From a virus (lineage: Duplodnaviria > Caudoviricetes), in the IMG/VR virus record IMGVR_UViG_3300014208_000027, positions 139,499-203,498 of that record: a DNA stretch of 64,000 nucleotides, one strand, 5' to 3'. The notes under the pieces were generated by a model. That model did not search any database, had not been told where the DNA came from, and saw nothing but the letters and a program-made list of their open reading frames with translations. Below are positions 46,949 to 55,067 of the stretch, in pieces. The translations under genes were made by a program, and so were the position numbers. Within the stretch, counting starts at the first letter, position 1. Each line of letters starts with the position of its first letter.

Positions 46949-47971
46949 GTGGTTACCTGGGCATATCATCCTTCGCTAGATTCTTTTGACGTTCAATACG
47001 CCAAATTATATTGTCTTGGTAAGCCTATTAAAGATGTATGTCCTAAGCGGTTACTTTCTCAGTGGCTTGCCTCTAAACAAAAAATAAAAGCATACAGTGT
47101 TTCTATCAGTGAGTCAAGAGTTTCTAAAGATATTTTATTATCTTCTTTAATTCCTAAACATGTCCTAGAGAATCATCTTAACTTAAAAAGTCTTATTTGT
47201 GAGCACGTATTAAAAACTTATCCCAAGCCAGAAAATTATGATTTTTTACTCCAAGCAACCAAACTTCTTTATGCTATTTCTACCAAAAAGGTTAATTTCG
47301 GCAATAATAGTGACCGTTACTGCAAGTATAATCTTTTTGGATCTAAGACTGGAAGGCTTACAACATTAAAAGATTCCTTTCCCATTCTAACTTTAAAACG
47401 CGAAGATCGTGTTCATATTAAACCTAACAATGATCTATTCATTGTGATGGATTACAATTCTGCTGAGCTGAGAACTTTGAATTGTTTGCTAGGCAAAGAA
47501 AATAATGTTGACGATCTTCATACCTGGAATGTTGAAAATCTCTATGACAATTCTACAACACGTGACCAAGCTAAGAAAGAATTTTTTGCATGGCTTTATA
47601 ATCCAGAATGCGTTAATGAACGGTTAGAAAGTCACTATAATAGGCAGAAATTATTGGAGAAGTATTTTGACGGGGAACAAATAAAAAACCCCTTTCAACG
47701 CGCTATAAAGTGTGACAATTACCATGCTTTAAACTATTTAATACAGTCAACTTTGACGGATCTGTTCTTGAGACAAGCCACTAAAATCTTTGAGAAATTA
47801 CAGAATAGTAAAAGTTATATTTCTATGCTAATACATGATAGTATAGTGATAGATTCGTGTAGGCAAGAAAAAAATATTTTGATGGAATGTGTTGACGCTT
47901 TTCAAGACACATGCTATGGTAAGTTTAAGGCTAGTGTAAAAGTCGGAAACAATTTAGGAGAGTTAAAATGA
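46949..47971 (+). CDS. minimal family A DNA polymerase-like protein
   Basis: TGRL; motif A MDYNSAELR; motif B RDQAKK.FF..LY; ALNYLIQST; motif C IHDS. No exonuclease domain. Confidence 0.75.
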   Translation: MVTWAYHPSLDSFDVQYAKLYCLGKPIKDVCPKRLLSQWLASKQKIKAYSVSISESRVSKDILLSSLIPKHVLENHLNLKSLICEHVLKTYPKPENYDFLLQATKLLYAISTKKVNFGNNSDRYCKYNLFGSKTGRLTTLKDSFPILTLKREDRVHIKPNNDLFIVMDYNSAELRTLNCLLGKENNVDDLHTWNVENLYDNSTTRDQAKKEFFAWLYNPECVNERLESHYNRQKLLEKYFDGEQIKNPFQRAIKCDNYHALNYLIQSTLTDLFLRQATKIFEKLQNSKSYISMLIHDSIVIDSCRQEKNILMECVDAFQDTCYGKFKASVKVGNNLGELK

Positions 47972-48138
47972 ATTTAATTTGCCCAGAATGTGAAGAAGTT
48001 GAGTCTGATGCTCAAAAGAAACTTAACAAGATTAAAAAGCAACTTGATATGTGGAACGATATGAATGTTTACGGTATGACCACATCAACGGAAGCATATC
48101 AACTTATTGATATTATCAAGAATATCGTGGAAAAGTAA
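47968..48138 (+). CDS. small Cys-containing protein (absent from the ORF track)
   Basis: MNLICPECEE...KNIVEK*; AGGAG SD. Confidence 0.6.
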   Translation: MNLICPECEEVESDAQKKLNKIKKQLDMWNDMNVYGMTTSTEAYQLIDIIKNIVEK

Positions 48139-48139
48139 A

Positions 48140-48430
48140 ATGAGCAAATCGTGGATTCATTATTATAGTAGAGAAACTCGTAATCAATGTAAGGATTATA
48201 AACTTCCTTTTTTGGAAAGAGCCAATTATTGTGATTGGGAAGACGCAGAAGAAACGAGATGGCAATGTTTTTGCGATAGACCTAAAAATCCTGGAAAAAA
48301 TCTTAGTGCCGAAGAAAAACTCGATAAAATCGAAAGTGTAATGAAGTTGTTCACCTTGGAAAATCAAGAAAATTACATCGATATTCTTGTCGACATTTAC
48401 GAAATTCTTTATGGTTCACAAAATGAGTAG
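48140..48430 (+). CDS. hypothetical protein
   Basis: ATG at 48140, just after the upstream stop. Confidence 0.6.
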   Translation: MSKSWIHYYSRETRNQCKDYKLPFLERANYCDWEDAEETRWQCFCDRPKNPGKNLSAEEKLDKIESVMKLFTLENQENYIDILVDIYEILYGSQNE

Positions 48431-48641
48431 CCATTTAAAATGTTTAGGTCGTGCTAATTGTGGCTGGGTAGATGGTGGTCAATATGTTTGTCATTGTTTT
48501 GAACCTGTCAAGAAAAATAGTTTAGAAGAGATAAAAGAACTTGTCTCATCAGTCTTGGCGAGGTTTGATTCTGTTAGGACTGAAAACGAAAATATCATGT
48601 TGAGTGTTTTAAATAAGATTAAGAAGGTCGTTGAAAAATGA
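48423..48641 (+). CDS. small Cys-rich protein
   Basis: MSSHLKC..NCGW..VCHC; overlapping start/stop. Confidence 0.55.
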   Translation: MSSHLKCLGRANCGWVDGGQYVCHCFEPVKKNSLEEIKELVSSVLARFDSVRTENENIMLSVLNKIKKVVEK

Positions 48642-48892
48642 TTACCAGGGATTCTATGGGTGAATACTTTCCGGAATATGATTTTGTTGGTATACGATGC
48701 GATGTATGTAATACATATATCGGAAAATGTACTCAAGATAGACAAGATAAAGAAGATGAAATAGATCTCTGCAAAGAGTGCAACGATAATGAAGAAATAA
48801 AAAATATGATCATTGATTACAAAGACAATGGAGCTGGATTCTTTGGACCTGAAGAACTCTTAGTAAAGATTAAAAAACTCATAGGTAAATAA
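48638..48892 (+). CDS. small zinc-finger protein
   Basis: CDVC...CKEC. Confidence 0.6.
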   Translation: MITRDSMGEYFPEYDFVGIRCDVCNTYIGKCTQDRQDKEDEIDLCKECNDNEEIKNMIIDYKDNGAGFFGPEELLVKIKKLIGK

Positions 48893-49728
48893 TGATCGTA
48901 CTTTCCCTTGGCCCTACTGCTTGTCGCATAGCAGATAAGTTTTCTTCTTACCCTGGCTATAAACTATACAAAATTAGCCACGACCTTGTGCGCATTAAAA
49001 ATAATTTAAAAGTCCCTCAATATGAACAGTTTTATGAATATGAACAAACTTTTCCGCAGGATAAATTAGATAGATTCCTCAAGACTTTGAGGGGTGAGGT
49101 TTTATTTGTTACTTGTGGAAGCGAACCGATATCATTATTATCATTACGTGTCTTGGAGATTTTGAGCAAGTCGTGTACGATTTCAATTTGTTATATTAAG
49201 CTAGACCAAATGTTGGTAGGACAAGAAAAAAAAGAGATTGAAAAACTTGTATATGAGATGTTACAAAATTATACTTTGTCAGGTTACGTTCAACAGATGT
49301 ATCTTTTTGACAACACTTTAGTTGAAAAAATGTGTCAAGATATAGATGTTTTTAATTATTATGACAAAGTATACGAGATGATAAGTTGGATACTTCATAC
49401 AAATAATTCTTTAAAGTACCAAGATGCTATATTTGATAATCTTAACAAAACTAGAGAGATGGGTATTAAGTCATTTAGTTTAGGATCTTTAGAAGGTGAA
49501 CAAAAAAATAGTACATTTCTACTTGACAAAGTGACTGAAGAAAAGGTATATTATGTTATCAATAAAAACTTAATACAGCAGAATAAAGAATTATTTAATA
49601 CGATTAGAAATGACATTCAAAAGGAGTCTATTGGCATAAATAAAAAAATGTGTTATGCGGTGTATTCAACAGAATTAGAGCAAAGTTTAGTACTAACAGA
49701 ACAACAAAGTTTAATTTACCAAAAATAA
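48892..49728 (+). CDS. tubulin/FtsZ-like (PhuZ/TubZ-like) protein, degenerate
   Basis: IVLSLGPTACRIADKF resembles the T1 loop GLGxAGCNIA; VLFVTCGS sits at the T4-loop position; MYLFDN. Confidence 0.55.
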   Translation: MIVLSLGPTACRIADKFSSYPGYKLYKISHDLVRIKNNLKVPQYEQFYEYEQTFPQDKLDRFLKTLRGEVLFVTCGSEPISLLSLRVLEILSKSCTISICYIKLDQMLVGQEKKEIEKLVYEMLQNYTLSGYVQQMYLFDNTLVEKMCQDIDVFNYYDKVYEMISWILHTNNSLKYQDAIFDNLNKTREMGIKSFSLGSLEGEQKNSTFLLDKVTEEKVYYVINKNLIQQNKELFNTIRNDIQKESIGINKKMCYAVYSTELEQSLVLTEQQSLIYQK

Positions 49729-49738
49729 GGAGAATAAA

Positions 49739-49927
49739 ATGTCAAAGAAATTGTATCGTGTTTGCTATGATCATCCTGAACGAAATTGGTTTGTAGTGGC
49801 TAAAAGTGAGGAAAGTGCAAAGAAAAAGGTTTTTGCCGAGTATGAAGTTGCTGATGAAGAATCTGTGTATGTTTATGAATACGAAGGTGTTGTTGAGGTT
49901 GGTTCAACTCTATTTTGTGATGGATAA
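49739..49927 (+). CDS. hypothetical protein
   Basis: AAGGAG SD; 62 aa. Confidence 0.65.
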   Translation: MSKKLYRVCYDHPERNWFVVAKSEESAKKKVFAEYEVADEESVYVYEYEGVVEVGSTLFCDG

Positions 49928-49948
49928 CAAACAATAAGGAGAATAGAA

Positions 49949-50752
49949 ATGGCTTTAAATTTAGAAAAGATTCAAGAACGTCTTAATCGTCTTAACTCTA
50001 AGGGAAGGAATAATAATTCTTTTTGGAAGGTTCCTGAAGGCGAAAGTGTAATTCGTATTCCACCTATGCCTGATGGTGATCCATTTGTCGAGCATCATTT
50101 ACATTATAATGTTGGTAAGGCTGTAGGGTTTGTTTGTCTTAGACGAGAATATAATAAACCTTGCCCTGTGTGTGCACTTGTGAATAAACTTTATAAGTCT
50201 GATAATGCTGAAGATGTTGTATTAGCAAAGAAGTTAACTGCTAAGGCAAGATTTTATTCTCCTGTTCTAGTACGAGGGGAAGAAGAGAAGGGTGTTAGGT
50301 GGTGGAGTTATGCTAAGACTCCTTATGCTAAGCTGCTTAAATGGGCTAGCAATCAAGAAGAGTATGGAGATATCACGGATTCTAAACATGGTACTGATAT
50401 TGAATTAGTTAACAAGAAGCCACCAGGTGGTGAGTTTTTTGTTACTGATATCGAGTTAAAGCGTAAGGAAAGTGATTTCTGCAAGGGTATGGAAGAAGGG
50501 AAGTGCAAGGAATTATTAGAAAATATTCCTGAACTTATGATTGATAAAAAGACTGCTGAAGAAATACAAGTTCTACTTGACGAGTGGCTACTAGGAGACG
50601 AAGAAGAAACTGTTGAAAGTGCTGAGGAAGGTGGTGAAGTAGAGAAATTTGGTGTAGGTAAAGAAAAGAAATCTTCTCCTGCTAAGGCTGATAAAGAAAT
50701 GAGCGAAATTGACAAGAAGTTTGCCGAGCTAACTACTGAGGATGATGAATAA
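49949..50752 (+). CDS. single-stranded DNA-binding protein (T4 gp32-like)
   Basis: FWK...VIRIPP; zinc site H..C...CPVC; GDITD...GTDI; acidic C-terminal tail. Confidence 0.88.
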   Translation: MALNLEKIQERLNRLNSKGRNNNSFWKVPEGESVIRIPPMPDGDPFVEHHLHYNVGKAVGFVCLRREYNKPCPVCALVNKLYKSDNAEDVVLAKKLTAKARFYSPVLVRGEEEKGVRWWSYAKTPYAKLLKWASNQEEYGDITDSKHGTDIELVNKKPPGGEFFVTDIELKRKESDFCKGMEEGKCKELLENIPELMIDKKTAEEIQVLLDEWLLGDEEETVESAEEGGEVEKFGVGKEKKSSPAKADKEMSEIDKKFAELTTEDDE

Positions 50753-51081
50753 TGGCGCCGCCTAAGAAAGAAAAAGAAGGCGAGGAGAAGAAAAAGAATA
50801 AGTTTAAACTTGATGGGCTTTCGACTGATATGTCTAACGCTGAAAGAATGGAAACACTTAGAAATATCTTAAATAAGAGTGCTGGAAGCAAGGTGGCTTA
50901 TAATTTAGAAGAAGAAAATCCTACCAAGGTAAAGCAATGGATTTCTACAGGAAGCTATCTTTTAGATAGAATTATTTGCAAGGGGATGGTGGGCGGAATT
51001 CCAATGGGGAAGATAGTGGAAATGTCTGGGTTAGAAGCGTGTGTTACAGAGGATACAGAGGTTGACATAGAAGTAGAATAA
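50752..51081 (+). CDS. recA: RecA/UvsX N-terminal fragment fused to a 13-aa split-intein N-part
   Basis: WISTGSYLLD..GGIPMGKIVEMSGLEA, then CVTEDTEVDIEVE* (51040-51078). Confidence 0.92.
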   Translation: MAPPKKEKEGEEKKKNKFKLDGLSTDMSNAERMETLRNILNKSAGSKVAYNLEEENPTKVKQWISTGSYLLDRIICKGMVGGIPMGKIVEMSGLEACVTEDTEVDIEVE

Positions 51082-51087
51082 GGGTGG

Positions 51088-51129
51088 TCTCCTACTAATT
51101 AGTATAAGTTACTCTGTGATAGTAGGAGA
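51088..51129 (+). promoter_or_regulatory. SD-sequestering hairpin overlapping a putative late promoter
   Basis: TCTCCTACTA (51088-97) pairs with TAGTAGGAGA (51120-29); CTAATTAG at 51095-51102. Confidence 0.75.
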
Positions 51130-51136
51130 TTTATCA

Positions 51137-52261
51137 ATGACATTCGTTAGTTCTATCTCGGAAGAGACACTAAAACAAATTGCGGACCTTATTGTGGATG
51201 GCTATGGAAACAAGTATATTTTTGAACAATTTAATTTTGCGTTTTCTCACAAAGTGATTTATAGAGCTGCAAAAAAATTTGGTGTCTATGAACGATTAAA
51301 AGAAAATAACAAAAAAACGAAATCTTTTGCTATTAAGGATCGAGTAAAGAATTCTGCTTACGAAAGATATGTTGAGTTTGATGCGAAATACGGTGAAGAC
51401 GTTAAAAGAATGATAAATGACGGATTTCATATGAGCAAAATCTTAGTAGAGCTTGATCTTTGGCAGTCTTTTTTTACGAAATATTTAAAATGGAAAGATG
51501 CCGATGGGGGTTTGAAAAATCAGTTGTCAATCAACTCTGAGAGAGTTATTCGCGAAAATGGGTTGCGTAACATACAGTGGATAAAAGAAAATGTCGTTCC
51601 TTGGAATAAGAAAACAATTACTAACGACATTGCTCTTTACTACAAAGAACTGGTTGAGAATGGGCTGTATAGAGCACAAATCACTCGGTCTATGAAAAAA
51701 ATATATGATATTGGGCCAAAAAAAGTTGCTGAGATTATAAAAACATATGGGAAACCAAACGTTAAGTGTGATGGCAAAGGGAAAAATAATCCAGCTTATG
51801 GAAAGACATACATAAAAGGCGGAAGAGGAATTGTTGGTTTTATTTTGGCGAGCGGGAAGAAAATTTACTTCAGAAGTTCATTAGAGATGAAAATATATTT
51901 TTATTTACTTGAAAATGATGTTGCGTTTTCGCTTTCAAAACATTCAATAGAATATGAATTTGATGGGGCGAAGCGGACATATAACCCAGACATCGTAATT
52001 AGTGATGTGATTTATGAAATTAAACCCAGAAAATTGGTTTCTTTAAGAATCAATGTAGAGAAATTTAATGCACTAAAAAAATATTGTGAAAAGTTTAGCT
52101 TAAAATGCGATCATATTTTTGAGGATACATTTAACTGTAGTTTTATTGATTTAGATTATGTAGAACAAAAAATAAAGGACGGAATTTTGCTTTTAGACCA
52201 AAAACAAGAAGAGAGATTGAAGAGGATTATGAAATATGAGAGTAAAAATATCAAAAATTAA
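51137..52261 (+). CDS. free-standing PD-(D/E)XK (TnsA-N-like) homing endonuclease with NUMOD3 motif
   Basis: GKNNPAYGK NUMOD3; FRSSLE..RTYNPDI...IYEIKP nuclease motif; ATG behind AGGAG. Confidence 0.8.
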   Translation: MTFVSSISEETLKQIADLIVDGYGNKYIFEQFNFAFSHKVIYRAAKKFGVYERLKENNKKTKSFAIKDRVKNSAYERYVEFDAKYGEDVKRMINDGFHMSKILVELDLWQSFFTKYLKWKDADGGLKNQLSINSERVIRENGLRNIQWIKENVVPWNKKTITNDIALYYKELVENGLYRAQITRSMKKIYDIGPKKVAEIIKTYGKPNVKCDGKGKNNPAYGKTYIKGGRGIVGFILASGKKIYFRSSLEMKIYFYLLENDVAFSLSKHSIEYEFDGAKRTYNPDIVISDVIYEIKPRKLVSLRINVEKFNALKKYCEKFSLKCDHIFEDTFNCSFIDLDYVEQKIKDGILLLDQKQEERLKRIMKYESKNIKN

Positions 52262-53450
52262 AGAATTGTTGTCTTCTGGAAAGAAAGTTAGAATCAAGAG
52301 TGTGGATGGGAGATTTGTAAGCGTTGGAAAATACATAGAAAAAGGAATCAAGGATACATACTGTGTTTTATTGCAGAACGGACTCTCCATTAAGGTATCG
52401 AATCATCATAAATTTTTTTCTAACTCAGGTTGGTTAGAAACTAGACATTTAATTCCAGGAGAAACTAAACTCTTGTGTGATGATGGAAATTATTATGTCG
52501 TTAAGAATGTTTTATATGTCGGTAAACACAAGATAGTTGATGTTACTGTTGATGATATGGACCATTGCTATTTTGGGAATGGAATTTTAAATCATAACTC
52601 TGGCAAGTCTTACATTGCCATGCAAATTGCTTCTAATGCTTTAAAAGAAGATGTTGATGTCGTTTATTTTGATACAGAAGCAGCAGTAGATCCAGATTTC
52701 ACGAAAAAAATTCTAGATAAAAACGGGTTCACGCTTAATGACTTTCTTTATGTGATGCCCGACTCTCTTGAACTTGTGTTAGAAAGTATTGAAAATATTC
52801 TTGCAAATTCCACTAAATCAACTTTATTCATTCTTGACTCACTTGCAAATTGCCCGACTAGAAACAGTCTTGAACAAGAGTTCACTCCTGGTGCATCTAT
52901 TGGCGAAGTTGCTAGGATGTTGTCAATTGCCTTTAAAAAATTGACCGTTCCTTTATCCAACCATGAGTCAACGTTTTTAATAATTAACCAGTTGAAAACA
53001 AATATTAAACCTGCTAATCCTGGAGAAATTTATACAGATCCTTTTGTTACTCCGGGAGGTAAAGCTTTACTTTACATGGCTTCTTTAAGAATTTGGTTAA
53101 CGCTTGAGAAAGGAAAGAAACACTTTGTTTATGATGATGTAACTGGAGAGCGTATGGGATCTGAAATTGTCTGTATGATTAAGAAATCTCGTTTCGGGAC
53201 TATGGGAAGAGAGGTAGAAACTAAATTCCTTTGGTCTGGAGAAGACCTTTGTTTCCAAGAAGATGAGGCTATGCTTGAGATTATCAAGAAGTCGGATGCT
53301 GTCAATCAGGCTGGTGCTTGGACTACTATGAAGTATGAGGATGGAAGCGAGGAAAAGTTCCAAGGTGCTTCATATCTTGAAAGAATGAAGTCTGACCCTA
53401 AGTTTAAATCCCGTGTGCTTCAACTTGTAGATTCTGTTCTCCTTCGCTAG
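52236..53450 (+). CDS. recA: split-intein C-part (121 aa) fused to the RecA/UvsX C-terminal fragment
   Basis: Intein part ends IVDVTVDD..HCYFGNGILNHN (52598), then SGKSY, YFDTE, ILDSLA, IINQLK, TPGGKAL. Confidence 0.93.
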   Translation: MRVKISKIKELLSSGKKVRIKSVDGRFVSVGKYIEKGIKDTYCVLLQNGLSIKVSNHHKFFSNSGWLETRHLIPGETKLLCDDGNYYVVKNVLYVGKHKIVDVTVDDMDHCYFGNGILNHNSGKSYIAMQIASNALKEDVDVVYFDTEAAVDPDFTKKILDKNGFTLNDFLYVMPDSLELVLESIENILANSTKSTLFILDSLANCPTRNSLEQEFTPGASIGEVARMLSIAFKKLTVPLSNHESTFLIINQLKTNIKPANPGEIYTDPFVTPGGKALLYMASLRIWLTLEKGKKHFVYDDVTGERMGSEIVCMIKKSRFGTMGREVETKFLWSGEDLCFQEDEAMLEIIKKSDAVNQAGAWTTMKYEDGSEEKFQGASYLERMKSDPKFKSRVLQLVDSVLLR

Positions 53451-53481
53451 TCATTTTCTTTTTTTCTTTCTATTTAAATTT

Positions 53482-54084
53482 ATGTCACCAACCGATAAAG
53501 TTGAACCCATTAACTTAGATAACGCTATTTCTTCTAACCTTGAAAATGTTTCTATGACTGCTCAAGAATTGCGTAAGGATGCTGAGCATTTCAGTTCTAA
53601 GCAGGAGATTACGCCCGAGCAACGAAAAGATATTTTACTTGCCACGGCTTGTGGATTAGCTGCTGATTATCAAGTTGACAAGGCGCTTTCTACTCTTCAA
53701 CAATATCAAACCTCTAGTATAAAAGAACAAGAAGTTGTTGATGATTATAAAAACTCAAGACCTCGTGACACTTCTTTTGATCGACCTGTATATTCTCATG
53801 AAGAAGAAAATACTTTAGATGTTGATATTAGTGATCGGTTAGAAAAGATTAAAACATTTTATCAGAGAGCAATGTATGCCGCTGTTATGACTCGTAAACA
53901 AGGTAAAGTAACGCCTGAACAAGAGAAAATGTTGCGCTTGTTTTATGCTATTGGTTACATGGTAGAAAAAAAGATTCCTGAAGCTGAGAAGACTTTGAAA
54001 GAATTGTCCACTATGCAAGAAAGTTATACGCTTAATGAGTCTAAGCAATTACTTAGAATGCGCCAGTTGGCCTTCAAGAAATAA
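53482..54084 (+). CDS. probable late/virion protein
   Basis: CTATTTAA at 53470. C-terminal LNESKQLLRMRQLA resembles the scaffold C-terminus RMRVLAG. Confidence 0.55.
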   Translation: MSPTDKVEPINLDNAISSNLENVSMTAQELRKDAEHFSSKQEITPEQRKDILLATACGLAADYQVDKALSTLQQYQTSSIKEQEVVDDYKNSRPRDTSFDRPVYSHEEENTLDVDISDRLEKIKTFYQRAMYAAVMTRKQGKVTPEQEKMLRLFYAIGYMVEKKIPEAEKTLKELSTMQESYTLNESKQLLRMRQLAFKK

Positions 54085-54095
54085 ATCTTCTTTCG

Positions 54096-54123
54096 TTGAC
54101 AATTAGTATGTCTCTGCTACCAT
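54096..54123 (+). promoter_or_regulatory. sigma70-type promoter (leaderless)
   Basis: TTGACA-16-TACCAT with TG; ATG 7 nt after the -10. Confidence 0.75.
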
Positions 54124-54129
54124 GGTTTC

Positions 54130-54525
54130 ATGACTCGCAAAATTTTATCCTACTTTGAGTTAGCCAAGAATATAGCATTCCAAAGTAATCACGATGTATT
54201 TCGTCATGGTGCTATTCTTGTGAAGGGCAGTAAAATAATAAATGCTTCCTGTAACAATGTTCACTATAGTAAGTTTGCCAAAAGGTTTCTTCCTAGAGGA
54301 TATTCAGAGCGGTTTGCTACTCGTCATGCGGAATTGTCTGTAGTTTTAAATGTTTGCCCAGAGAATACTCATGGTGCAGATGTTTATGTGGTGCGAATAA
54401 ATAATGATGGTGAGTTTAGGTATAGTCACCCTTGCCCAATGTGTCTAAATGTGCTAGAATTTGTAGGCATAAGAAATGTTTATTATTCTTTGAACGGTGA
54501 AGGATATGGAAAAGTTAGAATTTGA
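54130..54525 (+). CDS. dCMP/cytidine deaminase-like zinc protein
   Basis: RHGAILV; HAE...PCPMC. Confidence 0.88.
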   Translation: MTRKILSYFELAKNIAFQSNHDVFRHGAILVKGSKIINASCNNVHYSKFAKRFLPRGYSERFATRHAELSVVLNVCPENTHGADVYVVRINNDGEFRYSHPCPMCLNVLEFVGIRNVYYSLNGEGYGKVRI

Positions 54526-54721
54526 AACGGGAATGTTAGCAATCTTGCTTGATTGGAAAGGTGATCATTGGGAATATAACGTAGTGGTTTTATTAATCGT
54601 GCAAGATCCCATCGGTCTTCACACTGAGCCGTCCTGGCTGGTATTTAATTTTTTCACCAACAAAAAGGAGGTTCACTATCAGCACCTATTTTCCCGACTT
54701 ACTGGTACAAATCATGTCTAA
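54506..54721 (+). CDS. small SH3/KOW-like protein
   Basis: MEKLEFETGMLAI; AAGGA SD. Confidence 0.55.
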   Translation: MEKLEFETGMLAILLDWKGDHWEYNVVVLLIVQDPIGLHTEPSWLVFNFFTNKKEVHYQHLFSRLTGTNHV

Positions 54722-54884
54722 ATTAGAATTTGAAGTTGGAGATCTGGTGCAGTTTAATTCAGCTGATTTTGCAGTAATACTCTGTATTGATGAGAAGGAA
54801 GCAAAACTTTTTTGTTTTGATAGCCAATGTGTAGAAATTTTTCTTTCCTTCGGGGATTATACAAAGACGTTTGAACATGCATAA
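54714..54884 (+). CDS. small SH3/KOW-like protein (absent from the ORF track)
   Basis: MSKLEFEVGDLVQF...TFEHA*; 56 aa. Confidence 0.6.
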   Translation: MSKLEFEVGDLVQFNSADFAVILCIDEKEAKLFCFDSQCVEIFLSFGDYTKTFEHA

Positions 54885-55065
54885 ATTTAAAATTGGCGAT
54901 TTGGTAAAAATTAAAATTGAATCATGTGTTAGACACGACGGGACATATGGGATTGTTTTAAAAATTTCTCATGGTAGTTCGGAGTATTGTGATGAGTTGT
55001 TAGTTTATTCTTTTAATTTTTCAGAGTTTTTGCATCAAATTCCAAGTTCAATAGAAATAATTTAA
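54877..55065 (+). CDS. small SH3/KOW-like protein
   Basis: MHKFKIGDLVKIK. Confidence 0.6.
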   Translation: MHKFKIGDLVKIKIESCVRHDGTYGIVLKISHGSSEYCDELLVYSFNFSEFLHQIPSSIEII

Positions 55066-55067
55066 AT

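Noticed and set aside
51082-52235. Group I intron interrupting recA
   Set aside because: Only about 55 nt of non-coding sequence precede the nuclease, and its ORF overlaps the downstream half. No intron core is visible, and both halves carry intein termini.
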